Shown piece after piece: positions 25,201 through 37,701 of a stretch of 64,000 nt of DNA (within the stretch, counting starts at the first letter, position 1; every line of letters begins with the position of its first letter). The notes below the pieces were generated by a model. It did not search any database. It was given only the letters and a program-made list of their open reading frames with translations, and was not told the origin of the DNA. This DNA comes from Klebsormidium nitens (taxonomy: Eukaryota; Plantae; Klebsormidiophyceae): the NCBI GenBank assembly GCA_000708835.1, contig DF237049.1, positions 62,001 through 126,000 on the forward strand, written 5' to 3'. The position numbers and the translations under genes are program-made.

Positions 25201-26012
25201 GCTATCAGACGCGCTCCTCATACGCGACTCTGATGGCTTGAGTTTCGAAACGGAGTTAGCAGATTCGGTCCATCTGGCGGTTCTTGAGCCTAACAAAAGC
25301 CTCCTCTAGGAGGTCAATACGCTCAAGTCGAGCAGTGGCTTTTGTGAGGTTGAGGAACTGAGGCACGAAGGGAACGGTGTCGTCCTTGACAGTCGCATTT
25401 TCCGCACTTATGAGAGACATTGTGTGTCTCTTTCGCACTCTTTGAGACATTGTGTGTCTCGTCCCGTTGCTCTCTGCCGTGGGCAGGACTGAGATCGGCA
25501 ATCAAATTGTTAAGTAAAGTGGCAGCTTTCGGTAAACCGACCTTCGTCTTGGTCGGTGTCTACGACTTAGGTTCCGATGCATAGGTCTATTAGCCACTTC
25601 GAGGCCATCCGCCCTCATTTGTCAGCCTCTCAGGAGTCTTGTCTGGCACTGCATGGTACTTGAGTTCGAGAGTGTAAAGGTTGAAGAAGTGCTTACTAGT
25701 GACGGTTCAGAAACATTCTCGGCTTCGCTTGTTGTTCTCTTGCGAATCCTGCACGATGTGAAGTAGGCGGGGTGACAGGACAGCCACTTAGCTGACGTGA
25801 GCATCTATACCGTTTACAGGGTTGTTGACTTTGTCTCCTACGATGGAACACTCACTGCTGCTTCGGGCCCAGCGGAAGGCTTAACTTCGACGCCGATTGA
25901 GGTTAGAGAAAGCGAGCAAACAGAGAAGGGGAGCTCCGTTGGGCTTGTGGATGCGGTGAAGAAGCTCTGGCAAGTCTTCAGGCAGGCGACACCAGGGTTA
26001 CGAAACCAGTAG
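19292..26012 (+). CDS. Endonuclease I family (EndA/Bsn-like His-Me finger) nuclease with C-terminal lamin-tail-like domain
   Basis: About 12 exons encode YY..L.GLKGQALKTKLHDIV | VWDALYILDAAD | IDIYSKRT...GWN|REHLWPRSYG...TDLHNLRPADTN|VNSSRGNKAFG...WTPPGE|VRGDIARALFYMAVRY...DLELSD | MGRLSTLLKWHAADPP...ERLRNDRVC...QKNRNPFVDRPELV | VWVNEFHYNNTGRDEGE|FIEI...LYNG | GLQNGPADGIAV | FVSYDGTLTAASGPAEGLTSTPI. The start codon at 19292 is inferred. Confidence 0.9.
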
Positions 26013-27358
26013 GCTGGCACTCCTTCCATTTTGGAAAGGGGAGCTGGTGGTGCCGACAAATTTTGCTCTGGTCGAAAGTCAACCATGCACTCTGGCCCCC
26101 AAGGACCAAGTGCTGTGTATGTTGTGTGCTGTGTGTTATTTAAACACCCGAGTGCTAAATTACGTAGTGCGTGTGTCTGAGCATAGAGGTGAGCGCGGCA
26201 ATTTGCACAGGCTTGAAAGCAGTACGATAGTACTATCAAACGAATTTTGGCATTGCAACTACCTATATGGTTTCATGAGCGTGAGTTGATTTTGTTGTTG
26301 ATAATGTTTATTTGCCGTCTTGATGCCGGCAGTGAACCCACGTGGCGGCTTGAGGCGCTCGATCAGCACGGCTGAATGCATTGAAGATGGCTTGCGCCAC
26401 CAGCAACCCGGCGTACGAAGACTACTTTACGCGTTGACGTCAATGAGCGTATGGTGCAATATGATCTCATTGTTACATAATGATTTTAACGGCTATCGCA
26501 GAGACAGGCGACGCAGCCCGCGCATCGAATCTGCATGTGCAGATACGTGCATCTTTCTGTTTATGAGGTGCAATTAACATCGATATCGAATCAAAGATTG
26601 GTTTGCAAAGAAGCTCATGCATGAAGTCAAGAGCCCTAGGCTCAGGCGGGATCATATAGGTATCCTCCATATTGAATTCCGCGCGGCGCACATGTGTATG
26701 CTGGCGGGGCCGGCCCGCGCGGCCTGCATGAAATATAAGTGAGAGTGCTTCCGGCTCTGCCACTCGTATTCATATGGTCACGCATGCCGCGCGCTGCAGT
26801 GACTGGGACGTACATAATGACCGCGAGCGCATGTCATTGCGACGGTTGCAGCTGTCACTCAATGGTATACTGGGTGGCGGGCATGGCCATGCCACATGTG
26901 CACAATCAATTGACACTAAGCCTGAAATATTCGTAGCCTCCGAGTCAGAGTACTCGAGAGAGATGGCATGACATACGGGTAATCCTACTATATTAAACGC
27001 GATTGAATCTTTCTACGAAGTATAGCGCATGTGAGGCATGGATGTGTATTCGAAAATGTATCATGAGGACTTCCCTGTGTTAAGTTGGACTTACATCGAA
27101 TATCTCAATCATTGAACAATGATGATGCATGTTGCAGATGTGCTTAATGGTGCCTGGCAGCTCAGCTAATGAATCCCCATATAGAAAGTTGCAACCTGGC
27201 GAGTGCCATTTTCAACTTAATAGCCGGCCCTTCCAAGACTGAGCTTCTAGATTACGATGAACTGTGTACGAGCCAACATGTTAAACGGCGGGTGGTTGTG
27301 AACTTCAGGCTTTCGGCCACACATCAAGAGAGCATACCGAAAGTCCGATATCAAGCTG

Positions 27359-29642
27359 CTACCTTTCGATTTTCAATGCGGTCAAAAAGAGGGACTCCAG
27401 ATTTGCTGATCTACAGTACGACGCTAGTTCGGACATTCCTCCTTCTGGGAGCTCCTTGATGCCAATTGGGAAGCGTCGAATGCATTCGATGTCTTTTCCC
27501 TGTTCCGATTCCTGCCCCCGTTGTTGAAGGGCCTGCCACCGGAGATGTTGAAGCCGTTGCTGATACTCGTGAACGTCCTCTTCTTGCCCCTGCACGAGTG
27601 ACTCCTTCAGGGTCGAGCAAGCTGAGGGCAAGTGTTCATATTTGCAAAGTCGTCTTCGTGGCAGCAATTTCCTTCGAGACAGCTGACACGTGAGAAAGCA
27701 ACAGATTGCTATCCCGTGGGACCCTTAAACAATGTTCGGAATCATCACCAACTCCAACCAGAACATGACAACAGCAAGCTCGGCCCACACAGAAATAGCA
27801 GCTCTAGATGACGGCTAACTCAGAGTGGAGACATCAGAGGCTTGTCAAAGTTGCCTTAAACGGGCCGCTCAATCTCACCTCGAATATGAGGACACCTGGA
27901 AACCCAGGCTTGCAGTAGCCACCCAGCCGCAGCTCCTTGCTCCACTCACAAATGGCTTTCCGTTTGCTCAACGCCTTCAGATGGTGGAACCACAGTGCTC
28001 GTCTAAGGATGACCGCGTCTCTAGGCCCCTCGAGAGTTGGTTCAGAGCTGCTCGCACTCTCTTGAGCAACGTCTTCCTTCAGGTCAGCCACAATCTCCTG
28101 CACGTCACTGTGAGCAGAGTTCAGTCGTCATATCGAAGTAGTGACAGGCTCACAGCTGGTGCACAGCTCTCAATAGCGAAGTTTCGTCGCAGGAGAGTCT
28201 CCTCCGCACGTGTGAGAGGCGCCTGTGCGAGCGGCAATCCCATAAAGGATGACAGCAATGACTTCAGGTGTAGAGTTTGTGAGTTCTGGGTTTAGTAGCT
28301 TCATCTTGCTCTGAACTCAGCAGCAATCAATGGCTTCTCTCAGCTCTCCACTCCACAACTGAACTGTAACTCGTGAGTCACCATACCTGCGCCTTCTGCA
28401 GGAGGTCAAGGATTGACTCCTGGCCTACGAGCTCCCCCGCAAGCTGTTGGAGTGCGCTGCTTATCTCTTGATGCTGCCCTCTTGTCACGAGGCCAGAACA
28501 ATCGACTCTGATAGAAGGGGCCGCAAGCTGAGGGTATTGGCGGGGGAGTTGGAAATGGATGCTAAGAGGCTGGCCCCCGAGGCAGGTGTCCAGCAGATTG
28601 ATTGTGAAAGAAATCTCAGGAAGGCTGGCATCAGGAACGCTCGCGATCAGACCTGCAGGCAGCCAAGACGTCTGCATGAGATCATGGTACCTTTCTGCTG
28701 ATCGAATCAGGCCGTATTGCAAATGATTTTGAAATCGTGCCTCTGATTCCGAGCCTAGATTCTGCAATAATTACGGTCTGCTACTATCCTGTTTCCTGCT
28801 TATGAGTAAACGGACGCCACAAGGTGACCCATGATAACACTTACCCCAGTGTTGTAGTGATCTCGATGCTCATTCAAGTTCAAGCCTGAAGTACACTTTG
28901 CTTGAGAACAGGAAGAGTTCTTACGGTTGTTGTTGGACGCAGATTCCGCCAGCTCCTTTAGGATCGAGACTGCTTCCGCATCCGGTTTGGCCATCACGAA
29001 CTCGCCATCCCCTGGGTACATGGATTGAAGAGCCTCCAGCTGCAACATGACTCCTTTTCATTGAAAGAATGATCAAATTGATTCTTTCAATGCCGCACTT
29101 ATTCTTGGAAGCAGGCATATGCATCACGACTTTCTGTACCTGGAAGCATGGCTAGCATCAGTTCACTTTCTGAGGCAGCGCACTGATAGGAGGGGCTTAG
29201 CGGTGGCTCATGCTCTTGCGCGCACCCAATGCCCCATCAACAGTCTTTCCAGACTGACAGAGGGGCAGCTTTTTCCTTGTAAGCAACTGTTCAAACAGCA
29301 CACTGAGGCATGGCCTCTTGTTTTGTCTTGTCTGCGAAGACCAAAACAACATGAAACCACTTTTCTAAAGCTGTAATCAACCACTTTGACTTCAGAAGTG
29401 AAGAAGTGGCACCAATGCATGAGACACGAATCATTAGCTTTGAGTAGGGCCAGATCTTATTGCAGCAAACCCAATGGAGGATGACAAACTGTCGCCCCAT
29501 ATGCTTGTCGGCATGCCACCGGCTGCATTCAGAAGCAACACATGAACCTACTTGCAAGGCTTCTGAGCAAAGTGCTCACCTCAGCCAACTGGCGCTGAAT
29601 GCACTCCAGCACGACATCCTCAAACGGCTTCTGGGAACCCAT
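27359..29642 (-). CDS. RWD domain + DUF1115 protein (RWDD2-like)
   Basis: Exons give MGSQKPFEDVVLECIQRQLAE|LEALQSMYPG...|...IHFQLPRQYPQLAAP...GQESILDLLQ|...RRALWFHHLKALSKRKAICEWSKELRLGGYCKPGFPGVLIFE|GQEEDVHEYQQRLQHLRWQAL...LESLFLTALK. It has the RWD YP motif and the DUF1115 HH...GxxKPGxPG motif. Confidence 0.88.
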
Positions 29643-30427
29643 CAGACGATCTGAGTCCTCCCAAGGAGACAGGTATTTCCTTGCGGACCGCAAAGGTATC
29701 ACCCAACACTAGTGCCTCCGTAAGCAACGGAGCACCTTTTTGGAACGGATAAGGTTTAGCCTAGCCCCACCACCAAAACGGAAACTCATCAGCCACTTTA
29801 GCGCTGTCACTACGCACACCAGGGGCAGAATTCAAAAGAGAAAGGGGCGTATGAGAGCTCCTGGTTACCGAACTTCTCAGCTATCGGTGTTACTAGTACT
29901 ACTAGAATATTGCCCTGTTTCTACATAGTTTTGCGTTTATCGTCGAAACCGCCGGGTTTGATGCCGCGCGCTCGGGCAAAATCACATTTAGCGACAGAAT
30001 CTTGTGACGGATCGTACCTCACGTCAATGCTATCAAACAGAATCTACAGCCATTGAACAGCCCGTCGAAAATGAATACTTGGGACGTCTGCATATGGCGA
30101 ATGTTTTGGTTAAAGAGTACTCAATAAGTCGCCGGAAATACCTAACCGAGGCGCATTGCGGGAGTAGAATCAGGATTTTGGATCAACCGTAGAGTTTACG
30201 TACTTGGAAAACAGGTTAAATCCTCAACCAGATCTATATCGACCGGGTTATCACTCCCGATATAATGTGGAGCTGACCGACCACTGCAACGTGTTCAAAC
30301 TTCAGCTTCGCATCCCCGGTGGTTAAAGTCGGTCCTTCGTTCCATGCTTCCGGCCCACCTTGGACAGCGTGGGTTAAGAGGCAAGTTCAGTATCACATCG
30401 TAGATTAGTTTTGCAGCCACATACCTA

Positions 30428-30717
30428 CCGTAGTCCAACGTGATGATTCCGAACGATTTTATTTCGAATTATTTTCCAACAATCCGACCAGGAAAGCGGA
30501 ATTATTTATGCAGATTCCGACAACAATCCGAATGCCCTATGTTCCTGAGAAGAAGGGGATTTTAAGGCTGATTTTGGCCGTTTTGGGGCTAAAGAGGACC
30601 ATTATGGAATTATTTAATCTTTCCGAATTTCTACTTTCCGAATGGGAAATCCTAATTTCTGACTTTCCGACTGCAAATAATTATTTATTTATTCGGCATC
30701 ATTACCTTGGACTACGG
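30428..30717. mobile_element. TA-flanked MITE, family B copy 1 (290 bp)
   Basis: Left end CCGTAGTCCAACGTGATGATTCCGAA; the right end reads CCGTAGTCCAAGGTAATGATGCCGAA on the minus strand. TA at 30426-30427 and 30718-30719. The AT-rich interior has repeated TTCCGA motifs. Confidence 0.8.
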
Positions 30718-31022
30718 TACTTGCTGAGGGTCTTCGGCTTTAGGCGCTGACTTCTGGGACTCCGGTTTTACTCGGCACTTTCAAGTTGTGGGCTTGGGCT
30801 CCCGCTGAAAGTGCCCGGGGAGTCAGCCGAAGTGACCGTCGATGATACTGACTATGCCTTTGAACCGTCCGATGTACATATGTACCTGAACATTCCAGGG
30901 GACAAAAAGTTCATGCCCGACAGACAGAATGCAGAATGTTGGCATATTTAAGCAATCCTCTGGCTGCTGGCCAATGATGGGCTGGGAGACTGGAGTTGCA
31001 ACTACTGTATGGTACTACTTAC

Positions 31023-31344
31023 CCGTACGACCAAGGTATGATTCCGAATAAATAAATAATTATCTGCATTCGGAAAGTTGGAAACTCCGGATAAGCAGTC
31101 GGATTCTGCTTTTTCGGAAACCGATATTAATTGCTAAAATGCATTCGGAAAGTGATTTCTAAGCAGTCTGAGCATTCGGTACGTACCTTTTACCACTGTA
31201 ATCTTGAGACAGCGTGGGTACCGGGTACCCTCTCAGCGATTCGGATTTAGGGTCGGAAAGTAGAAAATAATACATGATTTGGCCTCGCATTCGCTAAAAT
31301 AATTGCTCTTTTTGAGCATTCGGAATCATACCTTGGTCGTACGG
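31023..31344. mobile_element. MITE, family B copy 2 (inverted relative to copy 1)
   Basis: Perfect 26-bp TIR CCGTACGACCAAGGTATGATTCCGAA / TTCGGAATCATACCTTGGTCGTACGG. TA follows the right end; the left flank is TA plus one extra C. Its first ~50 bp are the near reverse complement of the last ~50 bp of copy 1. Confidence 0.85.
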
Positions 31345-31357
31345 TACTAGCAATCTA

Positions 31358-32157
31358 CACCCCGATTCAGAAGTTTTATAACGTGGACTTATGAACCCTA
31401 CGGGCAATTGAGGCCATTCTCAATTGGTTTGAAAATTTGGAAAATTAGCCAACCCCTATTATGAGATGTTTGAGGTGCAAGCACCTTGAAAGTTGATGTG
31501 AGGTGGCCAATACAAAAATGGCAATAAAATACTAGGACATTTGCCAAATGGCCTTATTTTTGCCACGAATTGTGGTGCCCCTTGTGCGGTAAGGCTCCAT
31601 TCTTGACACCTCAAATGGATTCTTCTTCCTCCCAATGGTGCAATTTGTGAACACAATGGCTTGTTGTGTTTCCCCATCGGCTTTTAGGCTTTCGCCGGAA
31701 AAACCGTACTCGAAAGCCGGTGGCCGCCGTACAAAGTCACATGTCCGCCGCGCGAGCTTCGTTGATGATGGAAAGCTTTGCATTTTAAATTCCAGGAGTC
31801 TCGTGTTAACCCCAATCCATTGGTAATGGACCGTTTTGCGAAGCACGCGAGTTTTGCCCATCAAAAAGTGATCCATGCAAAAAAGCAAAAAATGCATGGA
31901 GTCGGGCTCGAACCTGCGACCTCGCGCTAGGCGCTCGGACGCTCAGCTCGGCTACGGACTACGGCGCGGAGGCAGAGGCGTCACTGAGAGGCCATGATCT
32001 GGCGCAAATGCTGGCGCATTAGTGGCCTAATTTATACTATATAGGGTTGTGCCCGATTTGGTTAGGTCAAAGGACACAACCTTATAATGTATTAACCGTA
32101 ACCCGGTGAAGTTGCCACGTCATCCGGGTTAGGTTACAAAACTTGTGAATCGGGGTG
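31358..32157. mobile_element. TA-flanked MITE, family C (800 bp), carrying a tRNA-like sequence
   Basis: TIR CACCCCGATTCAGAAGTTTTATAAC (31358-31382) versus GTTACAAAACTTGTGAATCGGGGTG (32133-32157), 23/25 matches. TA at 31356-31357 and 32158-32159. Confidence 0.8.
31897..31962 (-). pseudogene. tRNA-derived sequence (tRNA pseudogene or SINE-head-like Pol III unit)
   Basis: The minus strand shows an A-box-like TAGCCGAGCTG, the tRNA-typical GAGGTCGCAGGTTCGAGCCC (B box), and then two T6 runs. The acceptor, anticodon and T stems pair poorly, so it is not a canonical tRNA. Confidence 0.5.
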
Positions 32158-32256
32158 TAGGTGAATTGCGGCGACGACTATTTTGAAACCATCAAACCAA
32201 GTTCACTTTCTCGCTTGATGCAGACGAGTTTGATTATAACCCCGGTCTGGCTGAAT

Positions 32257-32415
32257 GCCTTTCTGGCAAAAGGATTATAAGCCTTTTTGGCTTACAGCCC
32301 TTCCGGCTTGCGGCCTTTCCGGCTCTCAAAGCCTTTCCGGCTCTCGATCCTTCCGTGGCATTGAACTTGGGCCAAGCAAGCCGTTCAAGGGCATTTCCAT
32401 GGCAGCCTTTCTGGC
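32257..32415. repeat. Cluster of 11-bp motifs (consensus GCCTTTCYGGC)
   Basis: Copies at 32257, 32281, 32297, 32313, 32331 and 32405 with 0-1 mismatches; five of them are spaced 16-24 bp apart. Confidence 0.7.
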
Positions 32416-33977
32416 TCAACAATTAAGTTACAGACGATCTTTTCAACTACAAGCCCTTGGATATACACGCCTGCGCTTGTTGAGTATGTGCGTATACACT
32501 GCACACTGTACATTCTCCACATACCTCTGTTGAGTGACCGCTATCATTGCATTCCGACAACCTTGGTAAAGCTGCTTGCAGCTTGCACTATGGAATATCC
32601 TCGGATGGATTCAGTACTGGGTTGTTGGCTCCGCGCCAACAAGCGGGTTCCCTGCTTGCGAGCACACCTCCTTCACCGACAGCAGTGGTACCTCAACTTC
32701 GGACCGGGGACTCCAACCAACAACGACCATAGTCAAGGATCTCAATATTGAGTAGAACAGTAATGTTGGTGCTTAAGAGGGAGGTGTAGATAGTGCTTGA
32801 TAATGCATCTAACGAATCGTTTAGTGGCATAAACGATCCTTGCTAGATAAAGCCTATCAAAATTTGCCATCTAATATGGTAGAAAGATCTTGCATGCAGG
32901 TAGCTCAATAGCTCGTTGGACAAAACGCGGCCCTGACCCCATGTACTCAATCAAGCCCCATGCTTCGGTACGGGCTTTATAATGTGATGTATGTATTGGC
33001 AGTTAGAGAGATTTTCTCAGAGCCATGGGGTTTGGTTCCATCATCTGGTTTATTGTGGTCGGGTGTGCCAAATCTCGTCTCGTATTCGCACATCGGGAGC
33101 TTTGGGGAGGCATGTTCGGCAGTACACCACTTGCAGAAATTGTTTCTTAACTTGAGAAGCCACTTTCCATGCAAGTTGCGAGCCTGATCGATCCTTCATC
33201 TGATCATGAATTACATGAAGCTAGTGGGTCTTGAGACACCGTTGTTCAAAACACGCCTGCTTCTTTAGTAAGACAAAGGCGGGTCTGTCGGAACCCTGAT
33301 TGCAAAGTTGCAGTTCGACTCTTATCTGCAAAGCAGTCGTCCTACGTGTCGCTTTTTCTATCATCTTTGCTAACATGATCCGTTCTAAGGCTCACCTTTT
33401 TCCCTGTCAACTGGATTGAAGTTGGAATTGATTGCCTTGGACGGTCAACAAGGGCGTCCTAGCCCGGATACATGATACTAAGGCAAAATAGAGTGATCGC
33501 TGAAGCTAGCACCCCGGATCGTATTAAGGTCGAAGTAGTGAGTGAATTGTGCACCACATCTATATTCTAGCTAGCGGACCATGGCCATACACGGCCCACA
33601 TGCAAGTCGTAAAGATAATGCAAATAGCGCAGACTTAAGGAGTACTCATTCAACCAACAACAGGGAATCTTCTAAGCGAGACTTGAGTGTTGTTCTTCAC
33701 CATATCCTATGCAGCGTGTGCAACAAATAGTTACAGCTAATTCGACATGGCCGCCTGGCCGGCACACTATGAAAAGCCAGGCAGATATCGATGCCCATTA
33801 TGTTGCTTTTGCGGTGGTCAAGGCTTTGCTTGGAACAGGTGCTATGTTACACTAGACGCTTCAATAGTGTGATAGCATGAGCCTTGCCTTTTTAACGCAA
33901 TCAACAGTGCTGGCAGAGCTTTAGCAATCGCACTCCCACAAAAGGGTATATGTGTCTTTGTCCCCTGTGTTGCCAAC

Positions 33978-36900
33978 CTAACAAGCCGTTCCTGTCATTG
34001 TAGAGTGGCGTGCATCGGTCAAAACCTCTTCAACATTCTTGAAACCCGCTTCGCTTAGCATGCGAGCCAGGTTTCGTCCATAAAACTCGTCGCTCCAAGG
34101 CTCAGTAGACTTCATTAACGTGTAAACAGGAGCAGGCAGACTCTGCAGTTCAAAGAAGTTGTGTCATGTTTACAAATCTGCAAAGCAGGGTTAGTTCAAG
34201 AAGGTACAGTAAAACCCGAGACACGGAGTCCAGAAACAGATTCTCGTAATATTTTCAGGCTTCAAGGAACAAGCAAATGCTGATGAAGGGACAAGCTAAC
34301 GGCGTACAGCAGATTAGGTGGTTAAGGAGAACAGCCACAGGATACGGAAGGGCGACAAAAGAGGAGACGAAGCTTCAGAACAGCTTCGAGAAGATGTTTT
34401 ACCTGGATAATCTTCGATCTCGGCTGCACAACGAAAGAACGTCATTAGTGGACACTGACTACAGTCGATTCAATCCATTTCACAAGAGATATTCCAGAGG
34501 GACATCAGTCCTCATACCGTTGCCCCGAACACGACAAACTTGATCAAGCCAAAACTGGCGAATCAAACTTGGACCTTCAAATCGTGAGTTTGACTCTTTT
34601 GAAGCGGGTGGCGATGCAAGGACGGAACGAAGTTGAGAAAGCTCTCACTTACCGAGTTATCGATGATAGCAATCGTCCCCCCAGGCCGCAAAATCCGCTT
34701 CGCCTCCTGGATGAGGTCCCGTGCAGCTGAGTTGGGACACTCGTGCAACTGTAACCAACGACCACGCAAAGATTCTGTCTTAAAATCCTGAAACATTGGA
34801 CGACGGAGAAAGGTGCAATTCTACTATAAGTAGAGCAGCAACAAAACGAAAGCCTGGGCGACTTCTCCATGACCAAGACAACTTGAGTAGCATGTCAACC
34901 TAGAGAAGATATATCTTATAACGGTGCTACACAGCCCCAAGGGGACATGGCTAACAACTAGCCAGTACCTTTCCACCAGGTTTTCATGGGGCCCCCACTG
35001 CTTACCACAAAAGCTAACGAGACGATGTCCACGCTATCGTCGGGCAATCCGGTATTTTCCCCCAGCTTATGCATCCACTGAATCGGCCGCACGGGCTGGC
35101 CAGCTTCCCGAGCTTGCCGGTCGCGAAACTGGGCCACCGACAGGAAGTAGGGGGAGAGGTCCAACCCCTGACGACGAAGAGATAAACAATCAGGAAAATA
35201 CTCTCGACTTGGGTAATCTTGGTGATGACCATAACAAAACCTTGACAGGTTTCTCCTTTCCTCTGTGCTTGTGACAGAAGGAACGCCCTGCCTGCGCGGT
35301 GTCAAAGTGATACAGCTACTACATTTGAATCAAAAACATCTCAGGAAATAGGTCAGTAATCTAGCCAAATATCTGTGTGGTTTGTGGAACAACTTCTTCC
35401 AAAACGTTACTTAGGAATGTGTTTACACCAGGAGTTAGGGCCTACAGTTATCACTTCTCTCTTGACACGATATGCAAAGCTGATGAGTTAAGCTTCGTGA
35501 GCATAGCGCTAGCATCTCAAGGAGGGACTCGACATCCCAACGGTGAATTTAAAGGTTGCTGTCGTGAAAGTACAGATGGAAAACCAACGTTTTAGTAGGG
35601 ATGCTGCCCGTGCAGCCTTGCTCCATGGACGTTCTCAAACTGAAAACGTAATGCATTATTTATGGCACGATTCAACACCCCCTTCTTAAGGGAGCCTCTT
35701 ACCAGCACCTCTTCAGCACTACCAAACTTGTTGGCCAAAAATCTTGTGCTGATCCCTGTGGCACACCCAACGTCCACGATTCTTTTCACTGGCAGACCAC
35801 CTGAGTGCATCTCGTGGTGTTCTCGAATGCGTTCCAGCCAGTTGCCCCGCAAGTATGCATTCGCCTCGTCCACTGAGCTGGCTTGAGGAACGCCACGCAA
35901 CACCATCGAGGCGGAGGCAGAGTCGACTTCAAAAGCAGCCTGCGGCAAGGGGCAATGAAGAACTTGGAGCAAAAGGAGAAGGGCTAGGAGGTAAATGGCT
36001 CAATCAAGGCCCTGGTTTACCAAAGCTGAGGCTGACAACAAACATAGGAAGGCTTTGAGGCAAGACGATTAGAACGTGCAGGCAACGCCACATGATCGCA
36101 CCGTGGAAAGTACACCGTTTTGGGACCATGAATGAAAAAGCAGCTGATGAAGTATCTTGTGGAGAGGAAACTCCTTCAAACAATTGTGTAACTCCTTCAA
36201 ACAATTGTGTAAGTGAGGCCACCCACATCTAAAAGAACAGTATGACTTATACCAATACATGCACATCTCTTAGAGGAACAGAAAACCCTGCTTTAGCCCC
36301 TTCATTTCGCTTTCCGGAAGCATCTTACCTGCCAGCAGAGGTTTCCCCTGTCGTATGCATGAAATGGCTGCAAGTAGTAGTCTGGGTACAGAATGCTCTT
36401 GTCCTCAATCAGCTCCAGTTCTTTGTACACGTCTGACGTCTCAAGCTCCTTGAAATGTCGCCGCCAAGGTACACCATTCTTTTCGGCAGTACTGAATAAG
36501 GAGAGAAGCATATCAGAAGGCGCCCCACCTTTCGAGCACCCAAACTGCTATGGTTTTGACAAACAAGTTCTATAATCTGGCACATGCGATTGCTCACCAC
36601 CTCTTCTTCAAACAAAAAGCGTCAGATAACCAGAAGAGTCAAAATGGTGAAGAGACAACCAGACAGGTAACACAGTCTTGACCACACCCGAACAACACAA
36701 ATGATTTGTTCAATAATAATATACTGACCTGATCATCATTCGTCTCGCCCCTGCCTTCATCAGAGAATACAGCGGTTTGATGCCAATCAGAGTGTTGATG
36801 ACCTTGCTCAAAAGGCTGTCTCCGGACCAGTCAGGCTGCTCCAGGTCTCCCCATTCCCTGTTCTGCTTGACAGTAGTGGTCGCCTCCATAGAGGAGCGTG

Positions 36901-37159
36901 GGGGCTCAAACCTTCTGTGTCTGTTAATTTTATGATGCTTCAGAAACCCTGTTCCAAGACCTTCCCTTCCAGGCAAACCACACCGTTTGCACAGCCGTCG
37001 CCGAAGTAATTGTTTCTTGCTGTTTTGAAGGAGCGCTGTCCTGCCCACCAGCATTTCAGTGCAACCTGGAGAAGCATTCAGTGATAAATTGGGTTTCCTA
37101 CCAGCAGAGAGTTGTGTAGGAATGCAGTTGACAGACCCTGCTGCAACATTGAGAGCCAT
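33978..37159 (-). CDS. Plastid-targeted class I SAM-dependent methyltransferase (Methyltransf_11/UbiE-like family of plants and cyanobacteria)
   Basis: A transit-like N-terminus is followed by PDWSGDSLLSKVINTLIGIKPLYSLMKAGARRMMI|STAEKNGVPW...YPDYYLQPFHAYDRGNLCWQ|AAFEVDSA...RIVDVGCATGIST|GLDLSPYFL...GENTGLPDDSVDIV|HECP...EAKRILRPGG|PRSKIIQ|SLPAPVYTLMKSTEPWSDEFY...TDARH. Confidence 0.9.
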
Positions 37160-37701
37160 GTCTTGTAATAGGTAGAAGTCTGCCGACACCGTCCTGCACC
37201 TCTCCTGCACGAGAGCGCTGGTTCTGCACGCTCTCTCTCCGTCTCTTTCTCTTTCTCCGAGTCTCTCTCTCTCTCTCGGGGTTCTGAAGACTGAGACCAC
37301 CCAAAACCCGTTCAGGTTTGTTTTGTTTGTTCGAAGGAGAATCAGTTCGCTGTCAACTTCCATGTTGGCCAGCCCGGGTCGGACTGCATTTCTCTTTGAA
37401 GGAGCCCGGTTCTGCATCAGATCTCCGTGCCAAACCTTGGAACCCCAAACCTTGACCGCCTGTGGCCCCACCTTTCCCCCACCTCGCTTCTCCCTCCACC
37501 TTGGACTCATGAAGTTGAACTTGAAGTTGAAGGTTTTGGCGCTCCTCCCAGGTGGACCTTGCGCTGCTGAAATTCACTCCTCGTCAATTGGCACTAGTTT
37601 AGGAGAAGCAAAAGTGACGGGGGAGGCGGCTGCTCACACTGGTCGTTGCGGCGGCTTTCTTGCATGGGGCGGAGGTATCTGTAAAGGCGCACCCGGTCAA
37701 C

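Noticed and set aside
25408-25460. Repeated GAGACATTGTGTGTCTC in an endonuclease intron
   Set aside because: Only two copies of a short quasi-palindrome; no TSD or further structure found.
31897-31962. Functional tRNA gene
   Set aside because: The acceptor and T stems have several mismatches and no clean anticodon arm forms; kept only as tRNA-derived.
36169-36211. Tandem duplication of AACTCCTTCAAACAATTGTGT
   Set aside because: Two adjacent copies with no spacer inside an intron; simple slippage, not CRISPR.
37226-37278. CT-rich microsatellite upstream of the methyltransferase
   Set aside because: An ordinary 5' UTR pyrimidine tract.
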